From contig OZ241829.1 of the NCBI GenBank assembly GCA_965202585.1, positions 31,434,001 through 31,498,000 of the forward strand: a DNA stretch of 64,000 bases, written 5' to 3'. How positions within the stretch are numbered: the stretch's first letter is position 1; every line of letters starts with the position of its first letter. Under the pieces are notes generated by a model. The model was given only the letters and a program-made list of their open reading frames with translations, did no database searches and had not been told where the DNA came from. Shown here in pieces: positions 58,126 to 64,000 of the stretch. A program made the position numbers and the translations under genes. This DNA comes from Thalia democratica (lineage: Eukaryota).

Positions 58126-61100
58126 CAGGGGTCGGCAAACTGCGGCCCGCGGGCCAATTGCGGCCCGCGAAGGGTGAATCTGCGGCCCGCGAGCACGTTA
58201 TTTTTTTGAATGGAATGCGGCCCGCGAAAGAAAATTTTGTGGCCCGCGAGCATGTAAAAGTAGCCCGCTGAGCAAAAATATATTTCAAGTAAAAATTTTT
58301 AAGGTAATTCGATTTAATTTGTTTAGTTTGGATTAAGTCTCTGTATAACATTTAAAAATAATTAGAATAAGTTACTACTTTTATTTAAAAATGTCAAAAT
58401 ACAGATTAGCATTCTAACAGGATATTTTTCTGAGTTTCATAATAATTTCTATTTTACAACAGCAAGTAATTATCTGTAAAAAGAGTGCTTGAATTTAATA
58501 AGTAAGTTATATTATACCTATTTATCAAATAAACTAAATGCAAATGTTTTCCATTTTGTACAAAAGTAATGCACAGTAATTAACTAAAGTGTCTTTTCTT
58601 TATAGCTTAGATATTCTTTCCAGTATTTTTTATACCTAATTTTCTTTTATATATTTTTTATTTGTAAATGTTATGTTTTAGTGTAAAACATTTAAAATAA
58701 CATAGTAATAAGAAAAAAAGGTTTACTTAAGTTTTGTTTTGACACATTTTAATTTTTTAGAAGTTTTCTTTGCACTTGAACTAATTTATATGCACACCAA
58801 CTTAAAAAAATGCTCATATTTTAAACCACTTTTTATAAAATACTTTAGTTAGTTTAAGTTTAGTTTATGCATAATTTTCTAAGTCTGCTTTTTCTACATG
58901 TAATATCTAAATTTGTACAGACACAATTAAAACAATATATATTACATAAACTAATATAGTTTTTGTTAGGTATACATTTTCATTTTTCAAACATTTATTT
59001 TGTCAAACTAAGTTAACTTTTATGCTTTGAATATCAATACACACATTTGCTGTTTTTTGGAGCTACCTATTTAATATAAACTAGACTTAGGGATCGTTTA
59101 TAAACATTGACACACACTCAGACTATCACTATTTGAAGGCTTCAAATCTCAGGCCAACTAAGTCATTTTATAAGTTTTTGGCTAGAATTGTTTTTTGTAT
59201 ACAAAAATATCAGGAATGTTTTTGTTAAATCAGGCTGGCTTTTTTGCTTAAAAGAGTGGCAAATTAAACTTATGATGTAAGTTTTGCTCAACCCAAAGTG
59301 TTAGTTTCAGTTATAATATATGTTATAATACATCAAGTTCAAGCTTTGAACTTGAAAATTAATGCTTAAAAATTTTGGAAAAAAACTTGAATTTGAGAAT
59401 TTTTGAAAAAGCCTGGAGTTTCAAACGATTTTTACATGTAAAGTAGTGAAATTTCGATTTGACACAAAAAATTGAGCAAATAAACATTTCTTTATTAAAA
59501 AATATACTAAAGTAGCTTAACAGTGTTTTTTAATATTGATATACTTTATATGACACTTTTTAAACTTTAATTAAACTTTATACTAAAAATAAAAGAAGGA
59601 ATTGCATTTTTAAAACTTTTGGTGCATTGCACCTTTACTTGTAAAATTTCACCGATTGTTGTGCTTCGTGTTTGAACTAAACCAAGAAATTATACTAAAG
59701 TGTCAAAGTTAAAAAAACATCTCTAATAAAAATTCTCAGATGAGCAATAGTTTTTCTATCAGTGCTCTCATCTTAACATATTGATTAAAGTCATAATTTG
59801 AATTATGCGACCTTATAACCTTAATGCATTTCCTAAATAGGACTTTTTGTTGTCATTGAAGAAATAAACGAAAGTTTTTCATTACTGCCAACAAAAATTC
59901 TTTAAAAAAGTTTTCAATTATAAACGGTATCTCATTATTAATAATAAATTTTGCTACTTTATAACTTGCCTTAACAACTTTTTTCTGATAATTCTGTAGT
60001 TACTGAAAATAATCATGTGCTTTGTTGGAACTGACTTTGGTGATTTGTTTTTTTATCGTTTCTCGCAATAACTTACTAACGTTTTTTTTTTTTTTGTTGC
60101 TCGTCTTTTATTTTACAACTAATATTTTTAAATTTTTATTGCAGATAAAGAATTGCTGTAATGCTTAATAAAAAAGAGGTTTTTCTCTTCGCTAATGACT
60201 CAATTAAGTTTTATACCTTTGTTAAAAATGTTTAAGAAAGTTAATTGTCCATTCCAGCTGACTTATATTTTCTGGCATGTAATTTGCTTACTGTTAATAA
60301 GTTTCGTTATTTCTTTATGTTGTGAACTTTGTTTTAACTGGGTTGCTACACAAACAGGCTATTTTAAAAGCTTGAAAACTCAGATGTGTGTGAAACTTTT
60401 ATTTCAAACACTTTAAATAAATCTTAAAATTCCCAGAATAGTTTTTATGACTGTAGTGTAGTTTACTAATTGTATTTTTTTCTTGTATTTTTACACTTTG
60501 TGTACTTTTTAATGATGATATTTTTACTAGGTACTTAAGCTTGATTTACAACGATTTACTAGCTTATTAAACTTTTAATGAACTTAGGCTGGTTTGATAC
60601 AACTCAGACATTTTTGCTTTTTAAGTGACAGCCATGTAAAAGACTAGTTACTAATAAGATATTTTATTTAAGTATTCGAGAATTAATTATGTTAAAGAAT
60701 TTGTTCTAGCTTTCTAGAATACAAATAGGTATTAATTTTATTTAATTAATTAATTACTAATTTTTTTCATGAATGTAAACTATTTAACACGCAAAAACTT
60801 TTTTTTTAAGTTAATATTCTTAGAAATATGAAAAAAGGGGTTGATAATATAACAAATATATAAAAGTAACTAATAAATTACCTTTCAAGCTTGGTTTTTA
60901 TAGAGAGTTAAATTGTATGTAAAATTACAAAAGTATTAAATTTAACTTAGTAATTGCTTATGAAAGTACATAGTTTATTAACACTTAAGTATATTAGTCA
61001 ATGTAAATTTTATTCTAATTTTATTTAATTTAATTTAAATAGTCATTTTATGTATAGCTAAAAGTTATTTAAAATGATAAGGTGAATAAAAGTAAAACTT

Positions 61101-61227
61101 TTCTCTAGTGTTTTTAAAACTAAAACCAAAAGATTATTCAAATGTCACTAAAACTAAAACTGCGGCCCGCGAAGACTTTGTAAACTTGAAATTTGGCCCG
61201 CGACCACCAACTGCCTGCCGACCCCTG
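58126..61227. mobile_element. Non-autonomous hAT element (3.1 kb) with a perfect TSD
   Basis: TIR CAGGGGTCGGCA at both ends. Perfect 8-bp TSD tcttagaa (58118-58125, 61228-61235). Multiple GCGGCCCGC subterminal repeats. No transposase ORF in the interior. Confidence 0.92.
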
Positions 61228-61236
61228 TCTTAGAAG

Positions 61237-61400
61237 AACGGTAGTGCAGCGGTATAAGCTTGTGCTTTGAATACTAAGAACCCGTGCTCGAGTCACTTGT
61301 TTACCGTTTTTTTAATTTAAAATACTATACAAGTAATTTACAAAAAACTACGCTGTCACAAAGTTTCAATCATAACTAAAATATTCTTTTAACTATATTA
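61237..61400 (+). mobile_element. tRNA-derived SINE relic; a related copy lies at ~62980-63145
   Basis: A-box-like tagtgcagcgg, B-box-like gctcgagtc, T-run. The shared body tcacaaagtttcaatca...aaatattctttt also occurs at ~63110, after ggttcgact (63035). Confidence 0.55.
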
Positions 61401-62228
61401 AAATATACTAACTAAATCACTATTATTTATTTGTACTATCTTCGGTCTTTAATATAGACAGTAAATAGTATAACAGATAGCAAATACATATGATAGTAAT
61501 AACAAAATAGATTGTTTAAACATTGTTTGCGCTTTTTAAGAACAAATTATTAAGAGATATAAAAATATTGAGCAAAAAACGATACTAATCATCCATCTTT
61601 AGTTTTTTTTTTGCTGTAAATTTAACTTTAAGTTTCTGTACCATTAGTTTCTACTTATTAGTTTAAAATGTTGATTTTTAATAGAAACATGCAAAAATGA
61701 CAACCTTACCTCTTTTTTACTTTGAAACTTTCCGATATTATTTTGTTCAATAAAATATATGAAAAATTAAATATATTAAAAATGATTCATATTTATAAGC
61801 ATTTTAGTACAAAAAGTAGTAAAATTTACCTCTATTTTTTTATAGTAGCTAATTAAAGCTTAATAAATCCAAGCTTTGTTAAATTTAAAAAGTTTTAAAA
61901 CTTAATATGTGCATAAGCAAACTTCTGATATTAAAGATATTAAATAAATACTATTTTACTATTTGTTTTAAACAAAAAATCAAAACCGCCATTGAAAAGT
62001 ACATTTGAACTGCATATGCAGCTTTTGATTGGGAATTCTTTCAAATATCAATACTTGCGTTTAAGTTTCATGTAAAATAAACAGATGTATCTTGTTATTA
62101 AGCTTATTTTCAACGAAAAGTATAGTAGCCATTTGTTTTAAAACTACAAATGAAAATTTTATACAAATATAAGCAAAATATCAAAAAATTGTAAAACATA
62201 TATTCAAATTAAGAGTCCTGCTCAAAGT

Positions 62229-62295
62229 CTTGATAGCCCCGCGGTCAATGACTGAGATTCATGAGCTTTTGGTACCAGCTTCAAGTTCCTTTTGG
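62229..62295 (+). mobile_element. Possible further tRNA-derived SINE head
   Basis: tagccccgcgg (A-box-like) ... gcttcaagttcc (B-box-like) with tRNA-like spacing. I could not fold an intact cloverleaf. Confidence 0.35.
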
Positions 62296-64000
62296 GGAAA
62301 ATTTATGTTTACTTGATTTACTCATAAATTTAATTCTAAAGTATTAAAAAACGATGATATACTGATAATTGTGATTATAGTTTTAAAATTATAAAAGAAG
62401 CACCAACAATAATTCACATTATATTTGTTAAAACTTTATGTTTATGTATGCTTGAGCTTAGTTAAACTGTTTATCAGGTTTTTTACACTTACGAAACAGT
62501 TATTTTTTTATTTAAACTTACTGTAACATAACATTGGCTTGAAGCACTTTTTTTTAACAGTTCTACTGGTTATTGTTTTAATATAGAGTAGTAGTTTAGT
62601 AGAATCAAAACAAACATTCAGTTTATACATTTAATGTTTAGAATAGCCTTGATGAAAGCAAAAAAAAAAAAACTTTTGATAGCAATAAGCTGTCTTATTT
62701 GCAGTAAGTTATATTACATATTTTATTTAAATGATCCTTAAAAGGTGCAACACTTTTATATATTTATTATAAAATTTTAGTTAATATATATTTATGCTGT
62801 AATTAAGCTATACCAGTTTCAAACTTCAAACTAACAGAAACTTTTCAAACATACTTGTAAAAAATTCACCACTCTTTATTCATTTTAAATATTAGTCAAT
62901 TTGTATATTAACTCATCAAAGTTTTGAAAAGAAAGAGATAGGAAAAAAAAAGGTTCAGTTCATGTATTAGAAGTATGCATTGCTAGATATAGTATAGTAA
63001 TTAAACTATTTTATTTCTAACGGAGACCCAGGTTCGACTTACTTTTAGCCCGTTTTTTTAGTAAACTAAAATATGTACTGTAATAACAACTTATAATAAA
63101 TTACAACTTCACAAAGTTTCAATCAGAAATAAAATATTCTTTTATTAATACGTTTCTAATGTTTTTAATACTAAAATAAAAGACTATTTAAACAATTTAT
63201 GCTTATTCCAATATAAAAAACTAATATGACTAACTTTTAATTCTAATTTCGAGTAAATAACTAAAATCAACTCTGATTTGTTGTAAAGCTACAATTTTGA
63301 AAAAATTGTTAATGACAAATACATATTTATATTTCTAACTTGTATACATACAAAACCTTTAAAATTTAAAAAAGTTATATCAAATAATTTTAAAACTTAT
63401 TTAAAAGTTAGTGATTAAAAAAAAATTATTTTAGCACACTTCACTAGTGAAAAAACTAGTTATTGAATATAATTACTAATGTGTTTTATTTACAAAATTT
63501 AATTGAGTTACTATACTGATATATGTATATATATATATATATATGTTACGTATACTGATAACTGATAAAAAGTATGTAATCATTCAAAAAATTAAAATTT
63601 TTGCATAAAAGTGTTTAGCAGTATTCAATAACTTAAAGAACAAATGTTAGGTTGTAACAATAATTAGCTAGAAGCTCTAAAGAGTTAAGGTAGTATGTCT
63701 AGTGAGATTACATGTAAATGAACAAATAAAAAAATAAATAATGAAGGTAAAGAATAATAATGAAAAAGTTGCTAACTAGAGTATTTCTATAAAGTTTATT
63801 GATTGTTGAAATAATGGTTTTTCCATTATAAAAATCACAATTTTTATACATTAAAGTTTATTGCAAACAAAATACAAAATAGAAGTACTTTTCGGACACG
63901 CTCTTCAGTATTTTTTCGTGTCAAAAACAGGCTGAAATAATGATTTACTAATAAAAACTAATAAAACTAAGTATTTAAGAAAACAAATTAAATTTAACAC

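Overview
AT-rich metazoan genomic DNA with intron-containing genes, not prokaryotic. I assembled four protein-coding genes by hand. Every junction is GT-AG and every reading frame stays open. (1) The 3' ~2,590 codons of CFAP47 (+, <1..29046; 48 exons, 47 introns). (2) A two-exon CCDC96/CFAP184 gene nested antisense in CFAP47's 6.3-kb intron (-, 18155..15713). (3) An unannotated four-exon secreted protein (+, 33963..36148, 445 aa): signal peptide, ~320-aa unrecognised domain, and a C-terminal thyroglobulin type-1 domain that the ORF track misses. It sits in the 4.1-kb loop of a 1.27-kb-arm inverted duplication of the CFAP47 3'UTR/downstream DNA, and its start codon and signal peptide are the last unit of a ~115-bp tandem array. 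(4) The mitochondrial ornithine carrier SLC25A15 (+, 47085..52655, 301 aa). The rest is TE debris: hAT-, Tc1/mariner- and Kolobok-like non-autonomous elements, a Penelope-like RT/GIY-YIG relic, a 160-bp hammerhead-bearing retro-insert with a 13-bp TSD, and tRNA-derived SINE relics. Two window-wide patterns stand out. First, the splice code is divergent: donors are mostly GT-T-N-G-T, and acceptors have weak pyrimidine tracts with CTRAY-like branch points. Second, third-position GC ranges from 18% to 96% between exons of one mRNA and tracks exon length. Taxon is not determined; the donor pattern reminds me of clitellate annelids (unverified recollection).
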